A stretch of DNA of 64,000 nucleotides from Alphaproteobacteria bacterium (GTDB lineage: Bacteria > Pseudomonadota > Alphaproteobacteria > UBA2966), in assembly GCA_965200265.1 (NCBI GenBank), contig OZ241357.1, positions 194,131-258,130 of the forward strand. The letters run 5' to 3'. Below, in pieces: positions 40,014-50,495 of this stretch (position 1 is the stretch's first letter; every line of letters begins with the position of its first letter). The notes under the pieces are model-generated. The model was not told the origin of the DNA and did not search any database. It saw only the letters and a program-made list of their open reading frames with translations. The translations under genes were made by a program, and so were the position numbers.

Positions 40014-40805
40014 ATGACCAACGGAAAGGCCATCGGCGACACGCTCCTTCGCGTCGACGACGTCAGCATCTCGTTCGGGGCCGTCGCCGCCCTGACGGAC
40101 GTGAGCTTCGAGATCCGGGAGCACGAGGTCCTGGCGATCATCGGTCCCAACGGCGCGGGCAAGACGACCATGCTCAACGTGCTCAACGGCTGGTACCCGC
40201 CGGACCGCGGCGCGATCGCGCTCCGGGGCGATCGCTTCGCGCGCCTGCGCCCGCACGACGCGGCCCGGCTCGGCATCGCGCGCACGTTTCAGAACGTGGC
40301 GCTGTTTCGCGGCATGTCGACGCTCGACAACATCATGACCGGGCGCAACCTCAAGATGAGGCGGAACTTCCTGTGGCAGGCGCTCCATTGGGGTCCGGGA
40401 CAACGGGAGGAGATCGCGCATCGCGAATTCGTCGAGGGGATCATCGACTTCCTCGAGATCGAGGACATCCGGAAGGTGCCGGCGGGGCGGCTGCCCTACG
40501 GCCTGCAAAAGCGCGTCGAGCTCGGGCGCGCGCTCGCCGCCGAACCGACGCTGCTGCTGCTCGACGAGCCGATGGCCGGCATGAACACCGAGGAGAAGGA
40601 GGACATGTGCCGTTTCATCCTCGACGTGAACGAGGAATTCGGCACCACCATCGCCCTGATCGAGCACGACATGGGCGTCGTCATGGACATCTCGGACCGG
40701 GTGGTGGTGCTCGATTACGGACGCAAGATCGCCGACGGCGCGCCGGACGCGGTGCGCGGGGACCAGAACGTGATCAACGCGTATCTGGGCGTGGGCCATG
40801 ACTAG
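40014..40805 (+). CDS. branched-chain amino acid-type ABC transporter ATP-binding protein (LivG-like)
   Basis: Walker A GPNGAGKTT, ABC signature LPYGLQKRVELGRAL, Walker B LLLLDEP. Confidence 0.85.
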   Translation: MTNGKAIGDTLLRVDDVSISFGAVAALTDVSFEIREHEVLAIIGPNGAGKTTMLNVLNGWYPPDRGAIALRGDRFARLRPHDAARLGIARTFQNVALFRGMSTLDNIMTGRNLKMRRNFLWQALHWGPGQREEIAHREFVEGIIDFLEIEDIRKVPAGRLPYGLQKRVELGRALAAEPTLLLLDEPMAGMNTEEKEDMCRFILDVNEEFGTTIALIEHDMGVVMDISDRVVVLDYGRKIADGAPDAVRGDQNVINAYLGVGHD

Positions 40806-40868
40806 GGCGGCGAACGCCGGCGCGGGAGAGAGGCCCGTGCGCCGCGGAGATCTCCGGGTGGACGCCTG

Positions 40869-41807
40869 ATGGTCGACCTGCTGGGCGATCTGTTCGTCAA
40901 CCCGTTCGTGGACATCGCCACCGCGCCGGTCTTCTTCATCGAGGTCGCCGTCGGCGGCGTCCTCACCGGCGTCATGTACTCGCTGGTGGCGCTCGGCTTC
41001 GTGCTCATCTTCAAGGCCTCCGGCGTGTTCAATTTCGCGCAGGGAATCATGGTGCTGTTCGCGGCGCTCACGCTGGTCGGCCTCATGGAGAACGGATTTC
41101 CGGTGTGGCTGGCGCTGATCGTCACCGTGCTCGTCATGATCGTCCTCGCCATGGCGATCGAGCGGCTGGTGCTGCGGCCGCTCGTCAACCAGCCCGACAT
41201 CATCCTGTTCATGGCGACGATCGGCCTGACCTTCTTCCTCGAGGGTTTCGGCGAGATGATCTGGGGCGCCAACGTGAAGGAACTCGACGTGGGCCTGCCC
41301 GAGTCGTCGTTCGAGGTCGGCGGCGTCCTGCTCAACGAGTTCGACCTCAGCGCCGCGGTCATCGCGGCGGTCCTCGTCGCCGTTCTCGCCGTGGCGTTTC
41401 AGCGCACCAGGATCGGGCGCGCCCTGCGCGCGGTCGCCGACGACCACCAGGCGGCCCTGTCGGTGGGCATCTCGCTGACCACGATCTGGGTGATCGTGTG
41501 GTCGGTCGCCGGCATCGTCGCGTTGGTGGCGGGCATCATGTGGGGCGCCAAGAGCGGCGTGCAGTTCAGCCTGTCGCTGATCGCGCTGAAGGCGCTGCCG
41601 GTGCTGATCCTCGGTGGCCTCACGTCCGTCCCCGGGGCCATCGTCGGCGGTCTGATAATCGGCGTCGGCGAGAAGATCGCGGAAGTCTACTGGGGTCCGG
41701 CGTTCGGCGGCGCGATCGAGAACTGGTTCGCCTACGTCATCGCCGTGCTTTTCCTGTGGTTCCGGCCGCAGGGCCTGTTCGGCGAACGCATCATCGAGAG
41801 GGTGTGA
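40869..41807 (+). CDS. branched-chain amino acid-type ABC transporter permease (LivH-like)
   Basis: 312-aa integral membrane protein; BPD_transp_2 family topology. Confidence 0.85.
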   Translation: MVDLLGDLFVNPFVDIATAPVFFIEVAVGGVLTGVMYSLVALGFVLIFKASGVFNFAQGIMVLFAALTLVGLMENGFPVWLALIVTVLVMIVLAMAIERLVLRPLVNQPDIILFMATIGLTFFLEGFGEMIWGANVKELDVGLPESSFEVGGVLLNEFDLSAAVIAAVLVAVLAVAFQRTRIGRALRAVADDHQAALSVGISLTTIWVIVWSVAGIVALVAGIMWGAKSGVQFSLSLIALKALPVLILGGLTSVPGAIVGGLIIGVGEKIAEVYWGPAFGGAIENWFAYVIAVLFLWFRPQGLFGERIIERV

Positions 41808-41809
41808 GA

Positions 41810-42886
41810 ATGCTCTACCGCGAGGCCGGCCAGTTCCACACGACCTACCGCGCCGACCAGAGGATCTTCCCCATCCTGCAGGACCGCGTCGCCGTCGTCG
41901 TCGCGCTGGCGGTCGCGTTCGTCGTCATCCCCATGATCGCCAACGAGTACTGGCTCCAGGCGATCCTGATCCCGTTCCTGATCCTGGCGCTCGCCTCCGT
42001 CGGCCTGAACATCCTGACCGGATACGCCGGGCAGCTTTCTCTCGGGACCGGCGGCTTCATGGCGGTCGGCGCCTATGCCACCTACAAGATGACGACGGCG
42101 TTCCCCGAGGCGAACATCATCCTTCTGATACTCGCGTCGGGCCTGTTCGCCGCCGGCGTGGGCATCCTGTTCGGGATCCCGAGCCTGCGCATCAAGGGGT
42201 TCTATCTCGCGGTCGCCACCCTCGCCGCCCAGTTCTTCCTGATCTGGCTGTTCAACAGGATCCCCTGGTTCTACAACTACGCGCCCTCGGGCACGATCAC
42301 GGCGCCGCCGCGAACCTTTTTCGGCGTCATGGTGACCGGCCCCGAGGCGTCGCCCGAGGCGCGTTATCTCGTGTGCCTCGCGCTGCTCGCCGTTCTCGGG
42401 CTGCTGGCCAAGAACATGGTCCGCGGCAACATCGGACGCGCCTGGATGGCGGTCCGCGACATGGACGTCGCCGCCGAGATCATCGGCATCCGGCCCTTCC
42501 GCGTGAAGCTGCTGGCGTTCGCGATCAGTTCGTATTACTGCGGCGTCGCCGGAGCCCTCTACATGTTCGCCTACCTCGGCAGCGTGGAGACGATCGCCTA
42601 CGACATCACGCTGTCGTTCCTGGTCCTGTTCATGATCATCATCGGCGGTCTCGGCAGCATCCTGGGCTCGATCCTCGGTGCCTTCTTCATCACCACCGTG
42701 CCGATCATCCTGACCAACATCCCGGTGGCGCTGGACCTGCCGATCTCGGTCGAGACCTCGAAACACATCGAGCTGATGATCTTCGGCGGATTGATCGTCT
42801 TCTTCCTGATCGCCGAGCCGCTGGGCCTGGCGCGCCTGTGGCAGATCGGCAAGGAGAAGCTCAGGCTGTGGCCGTTCCCGCATTAG
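41810..42886 (+). CDS. branched-chain amino acid-type ABC transporter permease (LivM-like)
   Basis: Real start MLYREAGQFHTTY, 3 nt after the livH-like stop. 358-aa membrane protein. Confidence 0.85.
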   Translation: MLYREAGQFHTTYRADQRIFPILQDRVAVVVALAVAFVVIPMIANEYWLQAILIPFLILALASVGLNILTGYAGQLSLGTGGFMAVGAYATYKMTTAFPEANIILLILASGLFAAGVGILFGIPSLRIKGFYLAVATLAAQFFLIWLFNRIPWFYNYAPSGTITAPPRTFFGVMVTGPEASPEARYLVCLALLAVLGLLAKNMVRGNIGRAWMAVRDMDVAAEIIGIRPFRVKLLAFAISSYYCGVAGALYMFAYLGSVETIAYDITLSFLVLFMIIIGGLGSILGSILGAFFITTVPIILTNIPVALDLPISVETSKHIELMIFGGLIVFFLIAEPLGLARLWQIGKEKLRLWPFPH

Positions 42887-42957
42887 GAGCGCGAGGAAGC
42901 GCGCGCGAGGGAGAAGGTGGCGGCCGGGGCCGGAAGCCCGCCGCGACCCGGCGCGGC

Positions 42958-44001
42958 ATGAACGGGACGGCGCGGCATCGGATCCTTCGCGCCGCGGCCG
43001 GCGCGGCGGCGCTCGCCGTCATGCCCGTCGCGGCCGGGCAGGCGGCGGGGACGGGCGCGAAGCCGGCGGAGGCCTGCACGGACGGCGGCGCGGTCTTGGA
43101 CGTGGGCTTCTACGCCTTCTTCGCCCCGGTGAGCTACAGCGCGGAGTCCGACCCCGCCTCGCCGGGGTTCGGGATCCACAAGGGTTACGAAGCGGCCCTG
43201 CTGGCCGCGCTCGAGGCGATCCCCGGCGCCGGTCTGAAGTTCTCCCGCGCGCCGATCGCCGAATGGGACGGCATCTGGTTGCGGCCCGCCGCCGTGGACG
43301 GGCCCGACATGGTGGGCGGCGGCATCACCGTCCTCGACGGCCGCACCCGCGACGCGTCGGGAAAGCGGGTGATCCGCTTCACCTCGGGGCACATCGCGTT
43401 TCGCCAGTCCCTGCTGGTCAGAACGAAGGACGCCGCCAGGCTCGCCACATACGGCGCGCTGAAGAACGACGTGCGCGTCGGCGTGCTGGCGGGCACGACG
43501 GGGGAGGCGCGGCTGCTGCGGATCGTGGGCATCGCCGACGACCGGGGCGTACTCGCCGCCGGCACGCGCGTCGTGACGCCGGCCGGCGAGGTGACGGCGG
43601 ACGGCGGTTCGGGTTACGTCATCACCGCGGCCGAAACCTCGGCCGCCCTTGCCGGCCGCCGCCGCCTCCACCCGGCGTCGCCATCGGCGCCGCAGGTCGT
43701 CTATCTCGGCGACGACAAGGGCGAGGCGGAGCTTCTGACGGCGCTCGGCGACGGCCGGATCGACGCCCTGGCGCGGGGCGAGATCGGCAACCGGTCGGTC
43801 GCCGCGGGCAACCCCGCCTTCGTGGTTTCGGCCCTGGACGACAAGGTGGAATGGGGCGGCTTCGCGCTGGCGTTCGAGGACGGCGATCTGGCGTCGTGCA
43901 TCGACCGTCACGTCGATTACCTGACCGACGGCCGCCGGATCGGCTATGCCGAGTGGCTGGCGGATCCGGCCGTGTTCATGAAGCGCGCGACCGGCCGCTG
44001 A
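42958..44001 (+). CDS. periplasmic substrate-binding protein, family 3-like (type II PBP fold)
   Basis: ATG 42958. Signal peptide MNGTARHRILRAAAGAAALAVMPVAAGQAAG. Type II PBP-like alternation, but family assignment is tentative. Confidence 0.5.
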   Translation: MNGTARHRILRAAAGAAALAVMPVAAGQAAGTGAKPAEACTDGGAVLDVGFYAFFAPVSYSAESDPASPGFGIHKGYEAALLAALEAIPGAGLKFSRAPIAEWDGIWLRPAAVDGPDMVGGGITVLDGRTRDASGKRVIRFTSGHIAFRQSLLVRTKDAARLATYGALKNDVRVGVLAGTTGEARLLRIVGIADDRGVLAAGTRVVTPAGEVTADGGSGYVITAAETSAALAGRRRLHPASPSAPQVVYLGDDKGEAELLTALGDGRIDALARGEIGNRSVAAGNPAFVVSALDDKVEWGGFALAFEDGDLASCIDRHVDYLTDGRRIGYAEWLADPAVFMKRATGR

Positions 44002-44203
44002 GGCGGTCTGGATGCGCCGCCCGCAAGATTCGGAAGAGACGCCCGCGCCCCGCGCGGCGATTCCGGCTCTCCGGCATCGCCCTGGACCGTCCGGTTGTTT
44101 GCCGGCATCGGAGAGCGTGGTAGGATCCGGAAACGTGAGAACCACGGACTTCCCGATCCGGCCACCGGCCGGCAGGGAGCCGTGATTGAAGGGAGGGCAT
44201 ACG

Positions 44204-45529
44204 ATGTACGTGAGGAACACCGGCGTAGCGCTGATCGCCGCGGCGGTCGCCGCGACCGCCGTCTGGGCGTCGAAGGCCCAGGCGGAAGACATCTACATTC
44301 CGCTGCTGGTCTACCGGACCGGCCCCTACGCGCCGAACGGCATCCCGTCGGCCAACGGATATATCGACTATCTCAAGCTCGTCAACGCCCGCGACGGCGG
44401 CATCAACGGCGTCAAGGTCGCCTGGGAAGAGTGCGAGATGCAGTACAACACCAAGCTCGGCGTCGAGTGCTACGAGCGCCTCAAGGGCGGCGGCGCCATG
44501 GGCGCGGCGGTGGTGAACCCCTACAGCACCGGCATCACCTACCAGCTCATTCCCAAGGCGCGCGTCGACAAGGTGCCGCTTCATTCGATGGGATACGGCA
44601 ACACCGCCGCCGCCGACGGCCGGATCTTCCCCTGGACGTTCAACTTCCCGACGACCTACTGGAGCCAGGCATCCGCCTTCATCAAGTACATCGGCGCCCA
44701 GGAAGGCGGGATGGAGAACCTCGAGGGCAAGAAGCTCACGCTGATCTACCACAACAGTCCCTACGGCAAGGAGCCGATCCCGACGCTGCAACGGCTGGCG
44801 GAAAAGTTCGGCTACGAGCTGACCCTGCTGCCGGTGGACCATCCGGGCCAGGAGCAGAAGGCGACGTGGCTTCAGGTTCGCCGCGGCAAGCCCGACTGGA
44901 TCTTCCTGTGGGGCTGGGGCGTCATGAACCAGGTCGCCATCAAGGAGGCGGCGGCCATCAAGTTCCCGATGGACCACATGATCGGCGTCTGGTGGTCGGG
45001 GAGCGAGTCCGACACGGTTCCGGCCGGCGACGGCGCCAAGGGCTACAAGTCCGGCACGTTCCACGCCCCGGGGCACGGCTTCGGGATTCACGACGAGATC
45101 CTCAAGCATCTCTACGACGGCGACCTGAACGCGGCGAAGGACAACAAGTTCGGCGACGTGCTCTACAACCGGGGGGTCATCAACGCCGTGTACGACACCG
45201 AGGCCATTCGCACCGCCATGGGCAAGCACGGCAACAAGACGCTGTCGGGCGAGGAGGTGCGCTGGGGCTTCGAGAATCTCGATCTCACCGCCGGGCGTCT
45301 CAAGGAGCTCGGCCTCGAAGGCTTCACGAGGCCGATCAAGGTGACCTGCGAGGACCACGAGGGCAACGGCCCGGTCCTCATCCAGCAGTGGGACGGATCG
45401 CAATGGAACATCGTCAGCGACTGGATCAGCCCGATGCGCGAGGTCGTGCGTCCGATGATCGAGGAAGCGGCCGCGAAGTACGCGAAGGAGAACAACATCA
45501 CGCCTCGCGACTGCGCCAAGGAGAGCTGA
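44204..45529 (+). CDS. ABC transporter substrate-binding protein, type I PBP (LivK family)
   Basis: Signal peptide MYVRNTGVALIAAAVAATAVWASKAQA. LivK/ANF-receptor-like body. Confidence 0.85.
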   Translation: MYVRNTGVALIAAAVAATAVWASKAQAEDIYIPLLVYRTGPYAPNGIPSANGYIDYLKLVNARDGGINGVKVAWEECEMQYNTKLGVECYERLKGGGAMGAAVVNPYSTGITYQLIPKARVDKVPLHSMGYGNTAAADGRIFPWTFNFPTTYWSQASAFIKYIGAQEGGMENLEGKKLTLIYHNSPYGKEPIPTLQRLAEKFGYELTLLPVDHPGQEQKATWLQVRRGKPDWIFLWGWGVMNQVAIKEAAAIKFPMDHMIGVWWSGSESDTVPAGDGAKGYKSGTFHAPGHGFGIHDEILKHLYDGDLNAAKDNKFGDVLYNRGVINAVYDTEAIRTAMGKHGNKTLSGEEVRWGFENLDLTAGRLKELGLEGFTRPIKVTCEDHEGNGPVLIQQWDGSQWNIVSDWISPMREVVRPMIEEAAAKYAKENNITPRDCAKES

Positions 45530-45562
45530 TGGCGGCGCCGCGGAGAGGGCGACGGTGAGGCG

Positions 45563-46378
45563 ATGTCCGAGACCGTCGGTCCCCTGCTCAGCGTCAGCAA
45601 CATCGAGGTCATCTACGATCACGTGATCCTGGTGTTGCGGGGCGTTTCGCTGGACGTCCCCGAGGGGGGTGTGGTCACCCTCCTCGGGGCCAACGGCGCC
45701 GGCAAGACGACGACCCTCAAGGCCATCTCGAACCTGTTGCGCTCGGAGCGCGGCGAGATCACCAAGGGGACGATCACCTATCAGGGTGCGAAGATCGACC
45801 GCCTGAGCGCCAACGACCTCGTCAAGCGCGGCGTCATCCAGGTCATGGAAGGCCGCCATTGCTTCGAGCACCTGACCGTGGAGGAGAACCTCCTGACGGG
45901 AGCCTATACCCGCCGCGACGGTCGCACCGAGATCCAGCGCGACCTCGATATGGTCTACGGCTATTTCCCGCGCATCGGCGAACGACGCGGGGCGCAGGCC
46001 GGCTACATCTCCGGCGGCGAGCAGCAGATGACGGCGATCGGCAGGGCGCTGATGGCGAGGCCCAGGCTGATCCTGCTCGACGAGCCGTCGATGGGGCTGG
46101 CGCCGCAGCTCGTCGAGGAGATCTTCGAGATCGTCAAGCGTCTGAACGAGAACGAAGGCGTGAGTTTCCTGCTCGCCGAACAGAACGCCAACATCGCGTT
46201 GCGCTACTCCAGGCACGGCTACATCCTCGAGAACGGGCGGATCGTCATGGACGGGGAGGCGTCCACGCTGTCCGAGAACGAGGACGTGAAGGAGTTCTAT
46301 CTCGGTCTCGGCGCGTCGGGCCGCAAGAGCTACCGCGACGTGAAGTTCTACCGGCGGCGCAAGCGCTGGCTGGCCTGA
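45563..46378 (+). CDS. branched-chain amino acid-type ABC transporter ATP-binding protein (LivF-like)
   Basis: Walker A GANGAGKTT, signature YISGGEQQM, Walker B LILLDEPS. Confidence 0.85.
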   Translation: MSETVGPLLSVSNIEVIYDHVILVLRGVSLDVPEGGVVTLLGANGAGKTTTLKAISNLLRSERGEITKGTITYQGAKIDRLSANDLVKRGVIQVMEGRHCFEHLTVEENLLTGAYTRRDGRTEIQRDLDMVYGYFPRIGERRGAQAGYISGGEQQMTAIGRALMARPRLILLDEPSMGLAPQLVEEIFEIVKRLNENEGVSFLLAEQNANIALRYSRHGYILENGRIVMDGEASTLSENEDVKEFYLGLGASGRKSYRDVKFYRRRKRWLA

Positions 46379-46410
46379 CCTGCCTCCGGGGATTGCCCAG
46401 AATCGGAAAG

Positions 46411-47655
46411 ATGTCGGAACCGAGCGGATATTTCGACGACCTGGAGACGCGCGACGCGGAAGCGCGCGAAGCCGACCTGACGGGACGGCTGCCGGACCAG
46501 CTCGCGGCCGCCAAGGCCTCCGCCCCGTATTTCGCCGAGCTGCTCGCCGACGTGGAGCCGGCGGACGTCACGACCCGCGGCCTGCTGGCGACGCTTCCGG
46601 TCACCCGGAAGTCGGACCTCGTCGAACGGCAGGCCGCGAACCCTCCGCTCGGCGGCCTCGACGGCGTGGCGCCCGACCAGCTCGCGTATCTCTTCCAGTC
46701 GCCGGGACCGATCTACGAGCCGGGCGGCGACGCGCCCGACTTCTGGCGATTCGCCCGCGCCTTCTGGGCGGGGGGCTTCCGCCCCGGCGACATCGTCCAC
46801 AACACGTTCTCCTACCACCTGACGCCCGCCGGCAAGATGATGGAGAGCGCCGCCCGCGCCATCGGATGCCCGGTGTTCCCGGGGGGCGTCGGCAACACGG
46901 AGCTTCAGCTCGCCGCCATCTCCCACATCCGCCCGACGGCCTACGTGGGCACGCCTTCGTTCCTGAAGATCCTGCTGGATCGGGCCGAGGAGAGCGGGAC
47001 CGACGCCTCGAGCATCGTCAAGGCCGGGGTGGGCGGCGAGGCGCTGCCGCCCGGTCTGCGCCGGGAACTCGACGAGCGCGGCGTCTTCGTCCTGCAAAGC
47101 TACGGAACCGCGGACCTCGGGCTCATCGCCTACGAGTCCGAGACCATGGAAGGCATGATCCTCGACGAGCGGATCATCGTCGAGATCGTCCGGCCCGGAA
47201 GCGGCGATCCGGTCGCGGAAGGCGAGGTCGGCGAAGTCGTCGTGACCCTGCTGAACCCCGTCTATCCGCTCGTCCGTTTCGCGACCGGGGACCTGTCGGC
47301 GACGATGGCGGGAGCGAGTCCCTGCGGGCGGACCAACACGCGCATCAAGGGGTGGATGGGACGCGCCGATCAGACGACCAAGGTCAGGGGCATGTTCGTC
47401 CACCCGAGCCAGATCGCCCAGGTGGTCGCGCGCCATCCGGAAGTCGTCAAGGCGCGCCTCGTGGTCGGCCGGGAGGACGGGCGGGACGTCGCGACCCTGA
47501 ACTGCGAGGCCGGGCGCGGCGCCGAAGGCCTCGCGTCGGCCATCGCCGAGACGCTCCGGTCGGTCTGCAAGGTGCGCGGGCGGGTCGAAATCGTCGCGCC
47601 GGGCAGCCTCGCCGACGACGGCAAGGCGATAGACGACGTCCGCGCCCACGAATAG
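46411..47655 (+). CDS. phenylacetate--CoA ligase-like AMP-binding protein (PaaK/coenzyme F390 synthetase family)
   Basis: ATG 46411. SYHLTPAGKMMESAARAIGCPVFPGGVGNTE and YGTADLG...K.VRGM resemble the PaaK family rather than FadD. Confidence 0.75.
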   Translation: MSEPSGYFDDLETRDAEAREADLTGRLPDQLAAAKASAPYFAELLADVEPADVTTRGLLATLPVTRKSDLVERQAANPPLGGLDGVAPDQLAYLFQSPGPIYEPGGDAPDFWRFARAFWAGGFRPGDIVHNTFSYHLTPAGKMMESAARAIGCPVFPGGVGNTELQLAAISHIRPTAYVGTPSFLKILLDRAEESGTDASSIVKAGVGGEALPPGLRRELDERGVFVLQSYGTADLGLIAYESETMEGMILDERIIVEIVRPGSGDPVAEGEVGEVVVTLLNPVYPLVRFATGDLSATMAGASPCGRTNTRIKGWMGRADQTTKVRGMFVHPSQIAQVVARHPEVVKARLVVGREDGRDVATLNCEAGRGAEGLASAIAETLRSVCKVRGRVEIVAPGSLADDGKAIDDVRAHE

Positions 47656-47841
47656 CGCCGGAGGCGTCCGACGGGTGACGGATCCTGCCCGTCTCCGAAG
47701 GCTCGCCACCGGAGCGTGGGGTCTGCCTGTCCACGCGCCGTCGGTCGTATCTCGCGACGGTCCGGGTCGCAGCTCAAGGGGGTGCGACTCCGCGCGGGAA
47801 AGATTAGGCTGCGGCACCCGGACGAAACAGTGGAGGCGGAT

Positions 47842-48288
47842 ATGACCGCCATCGAGAAGACCCCGTCATTCGACTGGCGATGCCTCCGCACATGGCGCGC
47901 GGCGTCCCGGAACACGGCCTGGTGCCTTGCCGGGTGTGCGATCGGGGATTTCGGAACCATCGCCTTTTTCCAGTTCACGGGCATCCCCTGGCCGACACTG
48001 GCGATCATGACCCTCGCGGTCCTCAACGGTCTTCTGACTTCCATCGCCTTGGAGACGCTCGTCCTGCTTCGTCGGATGGGTTTCAGGATGGCGTTCCGCA
48101 CCGCGGTCGGGATGTCGTTCATCTCGATGATTTCCATGGAAGTCGCCATGAACGCGGCGGACGTGGCGCTGACCGGCGGCGCCCTGCTCACTTGGTGGGT
48201 GGTGCCGATCATGCTGCTCGTCGGATTCGTCACGCCGCTTCCCTACAACTACTGGCGGCTGAAGGCGTTCGGCAGGGCGTGCCATTGA
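47842..48288 (+). CDS. DUF4396 domain-containing membrane protein
   Basis: Four TM helices with Cys/His-containing loops (WCLAGCAIGDFG). ATG 47842 with GGAGG upstream. Confidence 0.55.
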   Translation: MTAIEKTPSFDWRCLRTWRAASRNTAWCLAGCAIGDFGTIAFFQFTGIPWPTLAIMTLAVLNGLLTSIALETLVLLRRMGFRMAFRTAVGMSFISMISMEVAMNAADVALTGGALLTWWVVPIMLLVGFVTPLPYNYWRLKAFGRACH

Positions 48289-48361
48289 AGCCGCGCGCGA
48301 TCGGACTTGCGCTCACCGGCGCACACAGCGTTTCATCCACTCGAAAAGAACTTCGAGGGCC

Positions 48362-49006
48362 TTGTCGCTCACCGGCCGAAACCTTACCTGCGCGCGCGGG
48401 GATGCCGTCGTCTTTGCCGGGCTCGATTTCGACATCGCGCGCGGCGGCATCGTCGTCGCGAGGGGCGCGAACGGAAGCGGGAAAACGTCGCTCCTGCGGC
48501 TTGCCGCGGGATACCTCGCTCCGAGCGTGGGGGAGATCCGGCGCGACGGAACGCCGATCACGGACGACCTGCAGCGGCACCGGGCGAGCCTGCACTACAT
48601 CGGCCATCTCGACGCGGTGAAGCCCGTGCTCTCGGTGGCCGAGAACCTGACGTTCTGGGGCCACGCGCTGGCCGCGAAGGCCGGAACGCTTCCACGCCCC
48701 GGCATCGGCCAGGCGCTCGACAGGATGGGGCTCGCGGGACTGGCCGACATGCCCGCGCGCTACCTGTCCGCCGGCCAGCGATGGCGGCTGGCCCTGGCGC
48801 GGCTCGTCGCGAGCCCGCGGCCGCTCTGGCTGCTCGACGAACCCACGGCCTCTCTCGACGCCGCCGGCATGGAAACGGTGCTCGACCTCGTTTCCGATCA
48901 TCGTTCGGGCGGCGGGATGGTGCTGGCGGCCGTCCACGGCCCTTTCGCCGTCGACGGTGCCGTCACGATCCGGTTGGGGGGGGGCCGCGCGGGTGGAGCG
49001 TCATGA
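48362..49006 (+). CDS. ccmA: heme exporter ATP-binding protein CcmA
   Basis: LTCARGDAVVFAGLDFDIARGG...GANGSGKTSLLRLAAGY...LSAGQRWRLALARL...LWLLDEP. The first in-frame start is TTG at 48362. Confidence 0.8.
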   Translation: MSLTGRNLTCARGDAVVFAGLDFDIARGGIVVARGANGSGKTSLLRLAAGYLAPSVGEIRRDGTPITDDLQRHRASLHYIGHLDAVKPVLSVAENLTFWGHALAAKAGTLPRPGIGQALDRMGLAGLADMPARYLSAGQRWRLALARLVASPRPLWLLDEPTASLDAAGMETVLDLVSDHRSGGGMVLAAVHGPFAVDGAVTIRLGGGRAGGAS

Positions 49007-49668
49007 CCGTGTTCCTCCGGATCGTCGTCCGCGATGTCCGCCTCGCCTTCGGACAGGGGGGCGGGACGATGCCGGCGGTGGTCTTCTTCCTGCTCGCCGT
49101 CACCCTGTTCCCGCTCGGGATCGGACCCGAGACCGGCATCCTGCGGCGGATCGCGCCGGGTGTGATCTGGGTCGCGGCGCTGCTCGCGGCCATGCTCTCC
49201 CTGGACCGTCTGTTCCAGGCGGACTTCGAGGACGGCAGTCTCGATCAACTGGCCTTGACGCCCCTGCCGCTCGAGCTCGTGGCGGCGGCGAAGTGCCTCG
49301 CGCACTGGCTTTCCACGGGCCTGCCCCTGCTCGCCCTCTCGCCGCTGCTCGGCGTCCTGCTCGGCCTCGACGGCGAGGGATGCGCCGCGTTGCTGCTGGC
49401 CATGGCCGCGGGCACGCCGTCCCTCAGCCTGGTGGGCGGCATCGGGGCGGCCTTGACCGTGAGCGTCCGGCGGGGCGGCGGGCTGTTGTCCCTGCTCGTC
49501 CTCCCGCTCTGCGTCCCGGTCCTCGTCTTCGGAACCAGCGCGGTCGATTCGGCGATCGCGGGCCTGGAAGACGGCGTCCATCTGTCGGTATTGGCGGCGA
49601 TACTGGCGGCCGCGCTGCCGCTGGCGCCATGGGCGATCGCCGGCGCTCTCCGCCTGAATCTGGAATGA
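49003..49668 (+). CDS. ccmB: heme exporter protein CcmB
   Basis: ATG overlaps the ccmA stop as ATGA. Six TM helices and conserved FEDGSLDQL. Confidence 0.85.
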   Translation: MTVFLRIVVRDVRLAFGQGGGTMPAVVFFLLAVTLFPLGIGPETGILRRIAPGVIWVAALLAAMLSLDRLFQADFEDGSLDQLALTPLPLELVAAAKCLAHWLSTGLPLLALSPLLGVLLGLDGEGCAALLLAMAAGTPSLSLVGGIGAALTVSVRRGGGLLSLLVLPLCVPVLVFGTSAVDSAIAGLEDGVHLSVLAAILAAALPLAPWAIAGALRLNLE

Positions 49669-49757
49669 CCGGCCGCGATCTGGCGAACACGGCTCCCCTT
49701 GCGCGCGCGCGTGGCCCGCGGAGCGTCCGGTCCGGCGGATGGTGCTATAACGCGGTC

Positions 49758-50486
49758 ATGGCGAACTGGCACCGCCTCGCGAACCCGACACTGTTCCTCG
49801 AGTGGAGTCGCCGCGTCCGCCCCTGGACCGGCGTCGCGACCGCCGCCCTGCTGGGCGTCGGGGTTTATCTCAGCCTGTTCGTGGCGCCGCGGGACTACCA
49901 GCAGGGCGACGCCGTTCGCATCATGTTCGTTCACGTGCCGTCGGCCTGGATGGCGTTGTTCGCCTACGTGGTCATGGCGGTCGCCAGCGCCGCGGGCCTG
50001 ATCTGGAAAAGCCCGCTCGCCCATCTGACGGCGAAGGCCGCGGCTCCCATCGGCGCGTCGTTCACCTTCCTCGCCCTGGCGACGGGAGCCCTGTGGGGCC
50101 AACCCATGTGGGGCGCGTGGTGGGTGTGGGACGCGCGCCTGACCTCGGTCCTGATCCTTTTCTTCCTGTATCTCGGGTACATCGCGCTGTGGCGGGCGAT
50201 CGACGACCACGCGCGGGCCGCCAGATCCGCCGCCATCCTGGCCCTGGTCGGGGTCGTCAACATCCCGATCATCAAGTTCTCGGTGGACTGGTGGAACACG
50301 CTGCATCAGCCGGCGAGCGTGCTGCGCATGGATGGTCCGTCCATCCATTCCAGCCTGTTGACGCCGCTGCTGGTGATGGGAGTCGCCTTCGCCGGCTACT
50401 TCGTCGTGGTCCTGTCGATACGTCTGGAACGCGAGGTCCTGGCCCGTCAGGTGCGAACGCTGCGGCGCGCCCACTCGCGAGGCTGA
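49758..50486 (+). CDS. ccmC: heme exporter protein CcmC
   Basis: WWD domain WGQPMWGAWWVWDARLTS and conserved His residues. Confidence 0.85.
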   Translation: MANWHRLANPTLFLEWSRRVRPWTGVATAALLGVGVYLSLFVAPRDYQQGDAVRIMFVHVPSAWMALFAYVVMAVASAAGLIWKSPLAHLTAKAAAPIGASFTFLALATGALWGQPMWGAWWVWDARLTSVLILFFLYLGYIALWRAIDDHARAARSAAILALVGVVNIPIIKFSVDWWNTLHQPASVLRMDGPSIHSSLLTPLLVMGVAFAGYFVVVLSIRLEREVLARQVRTLRRAHSRG

Positions 50487-50495
50487 GGATCCGGA

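Noticed and set aside
43976-46216. 746-aa minus-strand ORF across the LivK-like and LivF-like genes
   Set aside because: Antisense shadow frame. Walker motifs and the signal peptide are on the plus strand.
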